From: an uncultured Gammaproteobacteria bacterium
GTDB taxonomy: Bacteria; Patescibacteriota; Patescibacteriia; Magasanikbacterales; GWA2-37-8
DNA: 64,000 bases
Direction of reading: 5' to 3'
Assembly (NCBI GenBank): GCA_964407865.1
Contig: CAYOXC010000001.1
Coordinates: forward strand, 203,978-267,977
Every line of letters starts with the position of its first letter. Position 1 is the stretch's first letter. Positions 29,178 to 37,606 of the stretch are shown one piece after another. The notes beneath the pieces were generated by a model. That model saw nothing but the letters and a program-made list of their open reading frames with translations, searched no databases and was not told the origin of the DNA. Position numbers and translations under genes: made by a program.

Positions 29178-30620
29178 TTATTTATTATTTTTTAAATACT
29201 TATTTTTTATTTTATAAAAATATTCTAAGGCTGAATCGTGCTCATTGGGGATAATGCCGTCCAGAATCGCCTCTTCAATGTCTTTTTTAATCATCCCAAC
29301 TACTGGACTAGGTTTAATTTTACACAATTTCATTATCTCTTCTCCTCTAACCGGCGACTGAAAAGCCCTCAACTTATCCTTCTCTATCACTTCAGCGATT
29401 CTTTTTTCTAATCTATCGTAATTTTTTAAACGCTTTTCTTTTTTTAAAGGATTTCCTGTAGTTATGTCAGAACGACCTAAAATTAACAAGTCGTTAAGTT
29501 CATCGCCTAAATTAACTATTAACCTGCGAACAGCTGAATCAGTGATACCTTCGTCCATAAGAGATATTGGCTGCTGGTGCCACCGGACTAATTTTGATAA
29601 ATATAATATCTGATCTCGAGAAAGCCGTAAACGACTACCGATAGATTTAACCATTTTCCTACCTACATGCTCATGCTGATAAAATGTCCAACCGGTTTTT
29701 GGTAAAAATTTCTTTGTTGCTACTTTGCCAATGTCATGAACAAGTCCAGCAAATCGCAAAAAAGTATTATCAGTTTTTTCAGCTATATTATCAACTACTT
29801 TAAAAGTGTGTACTAAATTGTTTTTATGCTGATGGCCATAAACTTCTTCTACCCCATCTAGGGCAGATACCTCAGGTAATACAATGTCTAGTATCCCGGT
29901 CTGAAACAATAAAACTAAACCTATCGACGGCTCATTGCATGAAAGTAGTTTTAACAACTCCTCGGATATTCTTTCTCCTGAAACAATTTTAAGCCGACTA
30001 CAATTTTTATTCATTGCTTTAAGTGACTCTGCTTCAATACCGAAGTTCAGTTGAGCAGCAAATCTAGCTGCGCGCATCATTCTAAGCGGGTCGTCGGTAA
30101 ATGTTTTATCGGGCTCTAGAGGAGTTCTTAAAATCCTATTCTTTATGTCCTGAACCCCTTCACAAGGGTCAATTAATGATTTTTTAATTTGCAGTAATGT
30201 TGGCTTTCTTGTTTTGGTAAATAAATCGATCGGCAATGCCATCGCATTAACAGTAAAATCACGTCGCAATAAATCTTCTTTTAAACTTGCTGTTTTTACC
30301 TTTGGCTTTCGTGACTTTGCTGTATAAGACTCGCTTCTAGCTCCGGCAAACTCAATCACAACTGTATGATCACCCTCGCTTACAATATATCTCGCTGTAT
30401 CAAAATCAGGAAATTCAACTAAACTGCCGGTTATTTTCTTGGACTTATCCAGTTCCTTGGCAAAATCAAGGCCTCCATTTTCAACAACAAAGTCTAAATC
30501 TTTTTTTTGGTCAATACCTAAAATCAAATCGCGCACAAAACCTCCTACAATATAAACCGGCGTTTTGCGCTTTTTCGCAACCGCAGAAATTGCTCTAAAT
30601 ATGTCCGTTGTCTTAACCAT
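29178..30620 (-). CDS. cca: CCA-adding tRNA nucleotidyltransferase (poly(A) polymerase head domain plus HD domain)
   Basis: GGFVRDLILG...DLDFVV nucleotidyltransferase motif. HD domain (HDIGK). Confidence 0.8.
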   Translation of the reverse strand: MVKTTDIFRAISAVAKKRKTPVYIVGGFVRDLILGIDQKKDLDFVVENGGLDFAKELDKSKKITGSLVEFPDFDTARYIVSEGDHTVVIEFAGARSESYTAKSRKPKVKTASLKEDLLRRDFTVNAMALPIDLFTKTRKPTLLQIKKSLIDPCEGVQDIKNRILRTPLEPDKTFTDDPLRMMRAARFAAQLNFGIEAESLKAMNKNCSRLKIVSGERISEELLKLLSCNEPSIGLVLLFQTGILDIVLPEVSALDGVEEVYGHQHKNNLVHTFKVVDNIAEKTDNTFLRFAGLVHDIGKVATKKFLPKTGWTFYQHEHVGRKMVKSIGSRLRLSRDQILYLSKLVRWHQQPISLMDEGITDSAVRRLIVNLGDELNDLLILGRSDITTGNPLKKEKRLKNYDRLEKRIAEVIEKDKLRAFQSPVRGEEIMKLCKIKPSPVVGMIKKDIEEAILDGIIPNEHDSALEYFYKIKNKYLKNNK

Positions 30621-30622
30621 AA

Positions 30623-31657
30623 CTAAACTTTCTTGCTCCGACCAGTTCTTCTTTCGGCCAAACTCTCATCTATTAAACCTTCGGCTACAAGTTCTTTAAT
30701 AGAATTTTCCATTGTTAACATCCCTTCTTTGGCTCCAGTCTGAATGGCTGATTTTATCTGGTTGATATTATTTTCTCTGATCAGATTTGCTACCGCTGAA
30801 TTATTAATTAAAATTTCACGAGCCGGTACTCTACCTCCGTTTTTAGCTGGTAATAAATGTTGAGCTACTACCGCTCTCATGACAGATGAGAGCTGAACAA
30901 GAACCTGTCTTTGTTTTGCTCCCTCAAATACATCGACAATGCGCTCAACTGTTTCTGCGGCGCTTGGGGTATGTAATGTAGAAAATACAAGGTGACCTGT
31001 TTCAGCCGCTGTCAAAACTGTAGATATTGTTTCTGGGTCACGCATTTCTCCAACTAAAATAACGTTTGGATCTTGACGTAGAACATGCTTTAAAGCATTG
31101 GCAAAAGAATTAGTGTCCTTTCCCACCTCTCTTTGTTCAATCAAACTCATTTTATCTTTAAATAAAAATTCAATCGGATCTTCAATAGTTATTATGTGCG
31201 CCTTCCTTTTTTTGTTTATTTCCTCAATCATTGAGGCTAATGTGGTCGATTTGCCGCAACCAGTAGGCCCGGTCACCAATACTAAGCCATCGTACAAATC
31301 AGTTAATTCCACCATTGTTTTATTAAATCTTAAATCATCAGGCGAGGGAATATCCGAGGGAATTAAACGAGCAGCCATGCCAATATTCTCAATTTGAAAA
31401 TGCAAATTTACCCTAAACCTAACGCCGTCAACTTGGTGCGCAAAGTCAAGCTCTTTATCTGTTTCAAACCGCTCCTGCCTTTCCTTGTTAATAAGACTAT
31501 ACAAACTTTCAGTAAGCTCCTTATTATTCAGCGGTTTTTCGGCTAAATTAATCAGATCACCATGAACTCTAATTACTGGTAATTCACCGCCGATAAGATG
31601 TACATCAGAGGCGCCTTGCTTTATTGCCTCCTTAAAATAATGATTGATATCTAGCAT
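30623..31657 (-). CDS. pilT: type IV pilus retraction ATPase PilT
   Basis: GPTGCGKSTTLASMI Walker A, Asp/His boxes, 344 aa. Confidence 0.85.
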   Translation of the reverse strand: MLDINHYFKEAIKQGASDVHLIGGELPVIRVHGDLINLAEKPLNNKELTESLYSLINKERQERFETDKELDFAHQVDGVRFRVNLHFQIENIGMAARLIPSDIPSPDDLRFNKTMVELTDLYDGLVLVTGPTGCGKSTTLASMIEEINKKRKAHIITIEDPIEFLFKDKMSLIEQREVGKDTNSFANALKHVLRQDPNVILVGEMRDPETISTVLTAAETGHLVFSTLHTPSAAETVERIVDVFEGAKQRQVLVQLSSVMRAVVAQHLLPAKNGGRVPAREILINNSAVANLIRENNINQIKSAIQTGAKEGMLTMENSIKELVAEGLIDESLAERRTGRSKKV

Positions 31658-31745
31658 ATTTTATAGTTAATTTGACCTCATTATATCATAATATTTGCGA
31701 TATTGAAAGGAATATAAATTAATGCTAAAATGCCAATTGTTTTCG

Positions 31746-31819
31746 CGGGGTATAGCTCAGTTGGCTAGAGCGCATGCATGGGGTGCATGAGGCCGCAGGT
31801 TCAAGTCCTGTTACCCCGA
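31746..31819 (+). tRNA. tRNA-Pro (anticodon GGG)
   Basis: Acceptor cggggta/taccccg, anticodon loop atGGGgt. Confidence 0.8.
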
Positions 31820-31825
31820 CTAAAA

Positions 31826-31849
31826 AACCGGCCCATGGCCGGTTTTTTG
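31826..31849 (+). terminator. rho-independent terminator
   Basis: aaccggcc-catg-gccggtt followed by tttttt. Confidence 0.75.
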
Positions 31850-31850
31850 A

Positions 31851-32159
31851 TTATTCACCTATTGTTTCTTCATTTTTTATTTTTTCTTCAGCTAATTCTA
31901 TCGCTTCTTTAAAGAGCTTGACTGTCGCGTCTCTGTTTAAATCAAGTGTTCCAAAAGCACTTCTTAGTTCAGGACGAGCAATAATAAAAGCCATGATATC
32001 ATTGTCGTTTTCAACAGAAGGAAACTCCTTATGTTTATTAAAATAAACTACGAAATCGTCTGCCAGTACCTTTTGCATGTTATCTATTTTTGATTGTCTT
32101 TTCTCGACTATTTCAGCTGCAATCCGGCCGGCTGATGTTTCTTTATTAAAATCTGACAT
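31851..32159 (-). CDS. hypothetical 102-aa protein between the two tRNA-Pro genes
   Basis: ORF with acceptable coding composition. No recognisable family. Confidence 0.4.
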   Translation of the reverse strand: MSDFNKETSAGRIAAEIVEKRQSKIDNMQKVLADDFVVYFNKHKEFPSVENDNDIMAFIIARPELRSAFGTLDLNRDATVKLFKEAIELAEEKIKNEETIGE

Positions 32160-32258
32160 ATTAATTAAAATTAATTATAAATTGTATTTTAGAGTATGCT
32201 ATCAAAAATATATAAAATTGACAACGGGCAATATTTATAATACAATATGGCAGATTTT

Positions 32259-32332
32259 CGGGGTATGGCCTAATTGGCTATGGCGCACGCTTCGGGAGTG
32301 TGAGGTTCCGGGTTCGAGTCCCGGTACCCCGA
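32259..32332 (+). tRNA. tRNA-Pro (anticodon CGG)
   Basis: Acceptor cggggta/taccccg, anticodon loop ttCGGga, T-arm ccggg-ttcgagt-cccgg. Confidence 0.8.
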
Positions 32333-32462
32333 CTAAACGGATGTCAAGTGGCAGATGCGGCGGGATTTTGTCACTTCTGTGTATAAGTCACATCGGCAAA
32401 TCGCATTTCTGCCATCTTAGCTACCGTTTGAAATTAAAAAACACCGTTTTTCGGTGTTTTTT
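32333..32462. repeat. repeat B, copy 1 (structured about 130 bp, ends in a bidirectional terminator hairpin)
   Basis: gtcaagtggcagatgcggcgggattttgtcacttctg...aaaaaacaccgtttttcggtgtttttt. About 75-80% identical to 34912-35042. Confidence 0.75.
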
Positions 32463-32493
32463 GAATTTTGTTAAATACTATTGCTTTTTCAAT

Positions 32494-33258
32494 TTACAGT
32501 CGTCTCTCTAATAATTTTTTTTGATCCTTGGCAAAAACCTCCGGATCAGGATTGTTCCAATTGAATTCATTGAATATCTGCATCGTTTTTTCTAAAGATA
32601 GATTAGCGTATTTATCAACCAATTCATCTACACAATATTGGCTTTTTAATACGATAGGGTTGTATTTACATGTATATGCATTAAATAACTCGCGAAAACC
32701 GTGATCCCAAAAACATAAAGTTCGATTTTTAACACCATGCAATTCAATAATAATTTCGATATTACTATTTCTGTCCAGAGATATATTTTCTATCATTTTC
32801 TTAGTAAATAAATATATCTCCGTAACACTATATAGGGCATTTAATACCGATAGATATTTGTTATCAATGGTTTTATCTTTCAATTTTGAAAAAACATAAG
32901 AATTAGCCAACTCTTCTTTTTTTTCCTCGGTCATTCGATAATCCTCGAGCATTGAAAAAAAATGAATAAATTGTCCATCTTGATAGTATTGCCAATATTC
33001 TAAATGCCCCATGTCCGGCCAATTTTCAAGCGACATAACGCTCGAATGAGGCGCCGCTTCAATACCACTTTCACGATTGATGTGCGGATAATCCCAACCT
33101 CTTAGTCTTATATTACTTTTAGTAATAACCTCCTTTAACTCCGGAGTCGTTTTAATTCTTATATCTACACGCTCTACTGGCCGAACGATAATTTTCCAAT
33201 ACCCTTTCTTTTTTATTGTTTCTAATAAATTAATAGACATATATTTAACTAATTTCAT
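32494..33258 (-). CDS. hypothetical protein (cassette 1, gene 3), translationally coupled to the AlbA_2-like gene
   Basis: 254 aa. TAATG stop/start overlap with the upstream gene. No recognisable domain. Confidence 0.55.
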   Translation of the reverse strand: MKLVKYMSINLLETIKKKGYWKIIVRPVERVDIRIKTTPELKEVITKSNIRLRGWDYPHINRESGIEAAPHSSVMSLENWPDMGHLEYWQYYQDGQFIHFFSMLEDYRMTEEKKEELANSYVFSKLKDKTIDNKYLSVLNALYSVTEIYLFTKKMIENISLDRNSNIEIIIELHGVKNRTLCFWDHGFRELFNAYTCKYNPIVLKSQYCVDELVDKYANLSLEKTMQIFNEFNWNNPDPEVFAKDQKKLLERRL

Positions 33259-33980
33259 TATAACAGGCCATCTCTCTTTAGCTCTTTCTCATATTCCTCT
33301 TTAAAGCGAATAGAACTAATTTTTTGAACTGCCTTTTTACTTCGTTTTCCCTGTATTAATCTAGAGCATATAAGATGTAAATCGCTGTTTACTATTTCTT
33401 CTCTGTAACCCAGTAGCCTCGTAACTAGCGCTTTCCACTCTTCGGGTTTTTCAACAGATTTAGACTCGACAGGGTTATTTGCGCGTATATAAACTGACCC
33501 ATGTTTCAAATAATAGGTTTCACGTCGATTCTCTATTATTATTTTATAGTCTTTCTTACATATAACCGGTTCTGAACTATTTGCCTCCAAAATTTGTAAA
33601 ACAATAAATTTCTTTTCCTCGCCCTGCAACTCAACGTTGCCACCGTATAACTTTAATTTGACCGTATCATACAGATATCCATTAATGAATCTGCTAATAT
33701 TATCGATATTATTAAATGAATTGAAATCTTCAACAGTTAAGCCAATTCGTTCAAACTCTTCTGCCTGGCCTTCTCCTCTACCAGGTTGCTTAATTCCTAT
33801 ATAAATATTTCCACCATTAACTGTATTAGCAAAAGCTGTAACAGCTTTAATAACTTCTCCCTTTATACATCTTGAACCTTCGTCTCTGGCACTCCAATTA
33901 AACGGCGGCTTAAATTCAATATTCAAATCTTCACTTCCATATTCAATTGTATTAATCATGTTATCAGTTAACGTCTCCAT
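33258..33980 (-). CDS. AlbA_2 / Schlafen-like putative DNA-binding domain protein (cassette 1, gene 2)
   Basis: N-terminal E..LEFK...AFANT.GG.IYIGI pattern characteristic of the AlbA_2 (Schlafen-like) domain. Confidence 0.55.
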   Translation of the reverse strand: METLTDNMINTIEYGSEDLNIEFKPPFNWSARDEGSRCIKGEVIKAVTAFANTVNGGNIYIGIKQPGRGEGQAEEFERIGLTVEDFNSFNNIDNISRFINGYLYDTVKLKLYGGNVELQGEEKKFIVLQILEANSSEPVICKKDYKIIIENRRETYYLKHGSVYIRANNPVESKSVEKPEEWKALVTRLLGYREEIVNSDLHLICSRLIQGKRSKKAVQKISSIRFKEEYEKELKRDGLL

Positions 33981-34023
33981 ATAAAATGCATTCTTACTTA
34001 ATCAAACATCAATAAAAACTCCT

Positions 34024-34689
34024 TTATAAAATATTACTTTTCCCCAAATTGCATTTTGAACATAATGTCTGTAGATTTTCCAACACAGTTTCACCGTTTC
34101 CGCTCCACGGTTCAATATGGTCAATGTGAAGAACCACACTCTGATCCGTTGCAGGACTTCGACCACATTTTTTGCATGCAAAATTGTCTCTTTTTAAAAC
34201 CTGGTAACGCAAACGCAAAGAAATATCCCGAGGAGTCTTCTTGATCTTTGTAATAGTAGTTTTTTTCTTTAATTTAGATATATCTAGTCCACCGACGTAT
34301 TTGATAAATTCTTTCACCGCCGCGGACCATGAGCCGAATCTTTTTTTATAAGCGCTGGCCTTAATCATCGAAATAGATGAATCCATATCGCCTTGTCTGG
34401 GTTGCTCACCCTTTTTCTGCCAAACCATTAATAGATTGTTAAACAAATCTTCATTTGAATGGCGGCTAATCTTGGCTACACCTAATCCGGCCTGCGCCAA
34501 GGCTGCGTTCCAGGTTCTAAATCGACGTTTTATGCTAGTGGAGCTATATTTGCCGTTTTTATTATAAATCTCCTGGGACAAAGAATCGACTTTTAGTTTT
34601 TTAGCAACCACTTGCAAATCCTTAATTAAGTCTGATGATTTTACAGGTTGATTTGGTGGTGGTATATAAATTATACTATCTGACGACAT
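34024..34689 (-). CDS. HNH endonuclease with two N-terminal homing-endonuclease-associated repeats (cassette 1, gene 1)
   Basis: C-terminal HNH motif CKKCGRS...HIDHIEPWSGNGETVLENLQTLCSKCN. Two KRRFRTWNAALAQAGL / KKRFGSWSAAVKEF repeats. Confidence 0.75.
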   Translation of the reverse strand: MSSDSIIYIPPPNQPVKSSDLIKDLQVVAKKLKVDSLSQEIYNKNGKYSSTSIKRRFRTWNAALAQAGLGVAKISRHSNEDLFNNLLMVWQKKGEQPRQGDMDSSISMIKASAYKKRFGSWSAAVKEFIKYVGGLDISKLKKKTTITKIKKTPRDISLRLRYQVLKRDNFACKKCGRSPATDQSVVLHIDHIEPWSGNGETVLENLQTLCSKCNLGKSNIL

Positions 34690-34706
34690 ATATTTGATGT
34701 TTTGAG

Positions 34707-34911
34707 TATTATGCCACCCGGTCCTAAGAGCGTCAATTACAGCGGTGGTAAGATTCCGGTAGCTGACAATCTGAGATAAACCTCCCGAACACTGTCCAAG
34801 AAATTGAATACGTTAAACAACCCATCTTCGGTGAACAAAGTGGCACCACCTTTTTTGCCCAACATTAGCGGATCTGGTTTTTTCGGTTCGAGAAATACGT
34901 AATCAGGTCGA
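34707..34911. repeat. repeat A, copy 1 (about 200 bp). Carries a minus-strand promoter and ends in a degraded tRNA-Pro 3'-like segment
   Basis: About 95% identical to 37204-37409. The 3' end ggttcgag...gactaaa parallels the tRNA-Pro T-loop to 3' end. Confidence 0.8.
34708..34736 (-). promoter_or_regulatory. sigma70-type promoter (TTGACG, 17-bp spacer, CATAAT) driving cassette 1
   Basis: Minus strand reads ttgacg-ctcttaggaccgggtgg-cataat. The ATG of the HNH gene lies 18 nt downstream of the -10 element. Confidence 0.65.
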
Positions 34912-35042
34912 CTAAAAGGGTGTCAAGTGGCAGAAGCGGCGGGATTTTGTCACTTCTGGGGATAAGTCATATTGAAAAATAAGCATTTCCGCCGTCTAAG
35001 ATACTGTTTGAAATAAAAAACACCGTTTTATGGTGTTTTTTG
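34912..35042. repeat. repeat B, copy 2 (terminator-bearing)
   Basis: gtcaagtggcagaagcggcgggattttgtcacttctg...aaaaaacaccgttttatggtgtttttt. Confidence 0.75.
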
Positions 35043-35975
35043 GTTATTTATAGCTTTTCTTACCTCATCAATTGTTAAAGGTGGATATTTCAAGTGAATT
35101 ACTCTATGACAATTTGAACAAATCAACAAAATATCTTCAACTGAAGTAGTTTCTCCTTCTTTCATAGACGCAACCGGCTTAATATGGTGTCCCTCTATAT
35201 AATTTTGAGCCAATGAACCATATCTGTCCCTAAATGAAAAACCACATATTTCACACCGCAATTCTCCACTTTTTCGCAAAGCAATACTCTTTGCTTCTTT
35301 AACTATCTTTGCATTTCGTTCCCTGGTGTAATGCTTGATTAACTTTCGTTTTCCTTCTTCAACTTGACCGATGGATGTTCTGAAATCAGTGTCACTTGTT
35401 AAGAGATTGCTGTTAGCCAGATACTGATCATAAAATGCTACAACCTTTTTCAAATCATCAACCAACTCTTCATTATCCGGCATATTTGCCAAGCGATATT
35501 CCTTGTAATAAATAATTGGTTCTTCATAATCGGAACCCAGTCCTTTATCCGCAATTTTTGCTTTATCATCGGACTTGAAGCCTGCTAATTGATAATTTGC
35601 TCTAATATTTATTGCCTTAGCCTTTAATTTACTAAATGCGAGTTTTCTACCGTCGTTTTTGATAGGTTTGGTGATTCCTTGCCCAAGACATAAATACAAT
35701 CTCTTGAAATCTGTTGAGTATAGATAAACAACGTAAACACCTTCTTGTGCTCCGTCTGTTTCATTCTTGTTAAAAATACCTATCCAAGGAACTGAGGTCC
35801 AATTACCCATACCAGCAGAACCTTTTATCGTAAAATCTTCTTCCCTTATTATTGGAGAAATAATTTTTTTACTTTCTTCTCTAATAAATTTAGCTAGGGG
35901 GTGATTTGTAAATGGCTCGTTTGATGCAATTGGATATTTTGACCCAATTTCGCTCAATAACTCTCTAAGAGTCAT
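35028..35975 (-). CDS. McrB-N-like (DUF3578) domain fused to an HNH endonuclease; putative type IV (modification-dependent) restriction nuclease (cassette 2, gene 3)
   Basis: N-terminal FTIKGSAGMGNWTSVPWIGIF...GVYVVYLYS (DUF3578 / McrB N-terminal-like). C-terminal HNH motif CEICGFSF...GHHIKPV...CSNCHRVIH. Confidence 0.7.
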   Translation of the reverse strand: MTLRELLSEIGSKYPIASNEPFTNHPLAKFIREESKKIISPIIREEDFTIKGSAGMGNWTSVPWIGIFNKNETDGAQEGVYVVYLYSTDFKRLYLCLGQGITKPIKNDGRKLAFSKLKAKAINIRANYQLAGFKSDDKAKIADKGLGSDYEEPIIYYKEYRLANMPDNEELVDDLKKVVAFYDQYLANSNLLTSDTDFRTSIGQVEEGKRKLIKHYTRERNAKIVKEAKSIALRKSGELRCEICGFSFRDRYGSLAQNYIEGHHIKPVASMKEGETTSVEDILLICSNCHRVIHLKYPPLTIDEVRKAINNQKTP

Positions 35976-36017
35976 ATAAAATATATTTAATAATTTCTTT
36001 TTTTACGCTTTTGTTCA

Positions 36018-36788
36018 CTAATGAGTAGTTGCCTTACACCAATAACACTTTATTTGATGATCTCTTTTTTTCAGATTTTTTAGCCACACCTCATCATGTG
36101 TAGAATCAATCATTAAGTGTTCAATCAACATTTCAATTCTCTCAAGTAATTCTTTTCCAAGAACTGGGCCTTTTTTTAATAAATCTTCATAGTCCCAGCG
36201 ACTTGATAATAGGTGGTGAATAAGATGGTTACGATACTGATAAAATATTAACATCTTCTCAACCAAATTATAGGGTTTCCATATTTTATTACTCGTACAT
36301 TTTGATAGAATATCACTCATAGTTCCAAGAGTTAATCCACATGTATCAACTAAAAAATACGCATTAAAAAGAACATCATCTATTTTTTTAATTTTTGCGG
36401 ATTTTTTTTTATGTTCATAGAACTTATTACGCAAATATGCGTTCGCCTTTCTGATATTCAATTCCCCATCCTTTGTCCATTTTTGATAGCGACAAATATG
36501 GTTCAATATTTTGTCCCTTGATTGTTTTGCATCTAATTTGCCAGTCTCATACAAAGCTTGTAAAAGCGCACAGACTTCATGCTCAAGTAAAATATTGACA
36601 TTAAATAATTGATATTCAAGCCAATATGTAGTCATCTGTTTATCCGCTTTTGTTTTATCTAGGCTCTTTTCTAAACTACCGAAACTTTGTTCCTCTTTAA
36701 TTCTATTCGCCCAATAAAATCGATCAAAACCAGTAATAAATTTTTTATCACTATGCCTTCTTCCTTTAATTTTTTTATTTTTTGGCAT
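36018..36788 (-). CDS. hypothetical protein with a HEPN-like Rx4H motif (Abi-like) (cassette 2, gene 2)
   Basis: 256 aa. A YRNHLIHH segment fits the HEPN R-x(4-6)-H motif. No other recognisable similarity. Confidence 0.45.
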   Translation of the reverse strand: MPKNKKIKGRRHSDKKFITGFDRFYWANRIKEEQSFGSLEKSLDKTKADKQMTTYWLEYQLFNVNILLEHEVCALLQALYETGKLDAKQSRDKILNHICRYQKWTKDGELNIRKANAYLRNKFYEHKKKSAKIKKIDDVLFNAYFLVDTCGLTLGTMSDILSKCTSNKIWKPYNLVEKMLIFYQYRNHLIHHLLSSRWDYEDLLKKGPVLGKELLERIEMLIEHLMIDSTHDEVWLKNLKKRDHQIKCYWCKATTH

Positions 36789-36798
36789 AGAAATACTG

Positions 36799-37173
36799 CT
36801 ACTTATTCAAAATAAATCGTTTAAGTTTCTCTAGCACTCCCAATTCGCTATCTTTGATGTCCTTATGGCGTTTTCGAGCTGCTACAGCTAAAGCATCGGC
36901 GATTTTATCGAGATATTTATCGACTATAATATTAGGGATATGAATCGTGTCGTAATCGTCACGAGTAATTGACCAATAACTTCTATCAAAGTCAGAAATA
37001 ATTTGTTCTGGATCAGTATAATGGTGAATACCATCAACTTCTATATCAATTCTGGCCCAAGGAATAGTTAGGTCTATATGTTTATCTTCATCCCACTTTT
37101 CAAGTTCACAGTATATTTTCCTCTGCCTCAGGGCATTGAAAAGACTCTGGGCCTGCGGGGTCGGATTTGGCAT
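36799..37173 (-). CDS. DUF559 / Vsr-like PD-(D/E)xK endonuclease-domain protein (cassette 2, gene 1)
   Basis: ORF trimmed to the start MPNPTPQ, downstream of promoter A2. IDIEVDG...D motif pattern typical of DUF559 restriction-endonuclease-like domains. Confidence 0.5.
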   Translation of the reverse strand: MPNPTPQAQSLFNALRQRKIYCELEKWDEDKHIDLTIPWARIDIEVDGIHHYTDPEQIISDFDRSYWSITRDDYDTIHIPNIIVDKYLDKIADALAVAARKRHKDIKDSELGVLEKLKRFILNK

Positions 37174-37203
37174 ATTGCTTAAATATTTTGGATTTAATGT
37201 CTT

Positions 37204-37409
37204 TATTATGCCACCCAGACAAATGAGCGTCAATTACAGCGGTGGTAAGATTCCGGCAGCTGATAATCTGAGATAAACCTCCCGAACACTATCTAAGAAA
37301 TTGAATACGTTAAATAACCCATCTTCGGTGAACAAAGTGGTACCCTCTTTTTTGCCCAAGATTAGCGGATCTGGTTTTTTCGGTTCGAGAAATACGTAAT
37401 TAGGTCGAC
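37204..37409. repeat. repeat A, copy 2
   Basis: About 95% identical to 34707-34911. Confidence 0.8.
37205..37233 (-). promoter_or_regulatory. sigma70-type promoter (TTGACG, 17-bp spacer, CATAAT) driving cassette 2
   Basis: Minus strand reads ttgacg-ctcatttgtctgggtgg-cataat. Confidence 0.65.
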
Positions 37410-37446
37410 AATTTAAGAATCGCCGAAAGGCGATTTTTAAATTGGA

Positions 37447-37603
37447 GGGGTATGGCCGAATGAAACTATTCATTCGGCCAAGGGACTCGAACGCCGGAGC
37501 CATGTCGCGCGAGTTTGCTGACGAGCGCGACGGCGAGGCGGTGGCTAGGCAAAATTTTTGGAAGAAAATTTTAGCCGAAGCCGAGTCCTCCCGGTACCCC
37601 GAC
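37447..37603 (+). repeat. structured repeat element C, copy 2, embedded in a tRNA-Pro-like frame (5' ggggtatggcc, 3' tcccggtaccccgac)
   Basis: 5' and 3' ends match tRNA-Pro(CGG). The interior is replaced by a 9-bp hairpin plus the ~110-nt C core shared with 3370-3470. Confidence 0.5.
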
Positions 37604-37606
37604 AAA

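Noticed and set aside
32077-32511. 144-aa plus-strand ORF spanning tRNA-Pro(CGG) and repeat B1
   Set aside because: It reads through a tRNA and a structured or terminator repeat. Similarity to translation of B2 is due to nucleotide repeat identity.
37447-37603. Element C as tmRNA (ssrA)
   Set aside because: Only about 160 nt. There is no tag-peptide reading frame ending in ...ALAA-stop in any frame, no pseudoknot-rich body and no CCA-ending acceptor. The tRNA-like ends match the local tRNA-Pro rather than tRNA-Ala.
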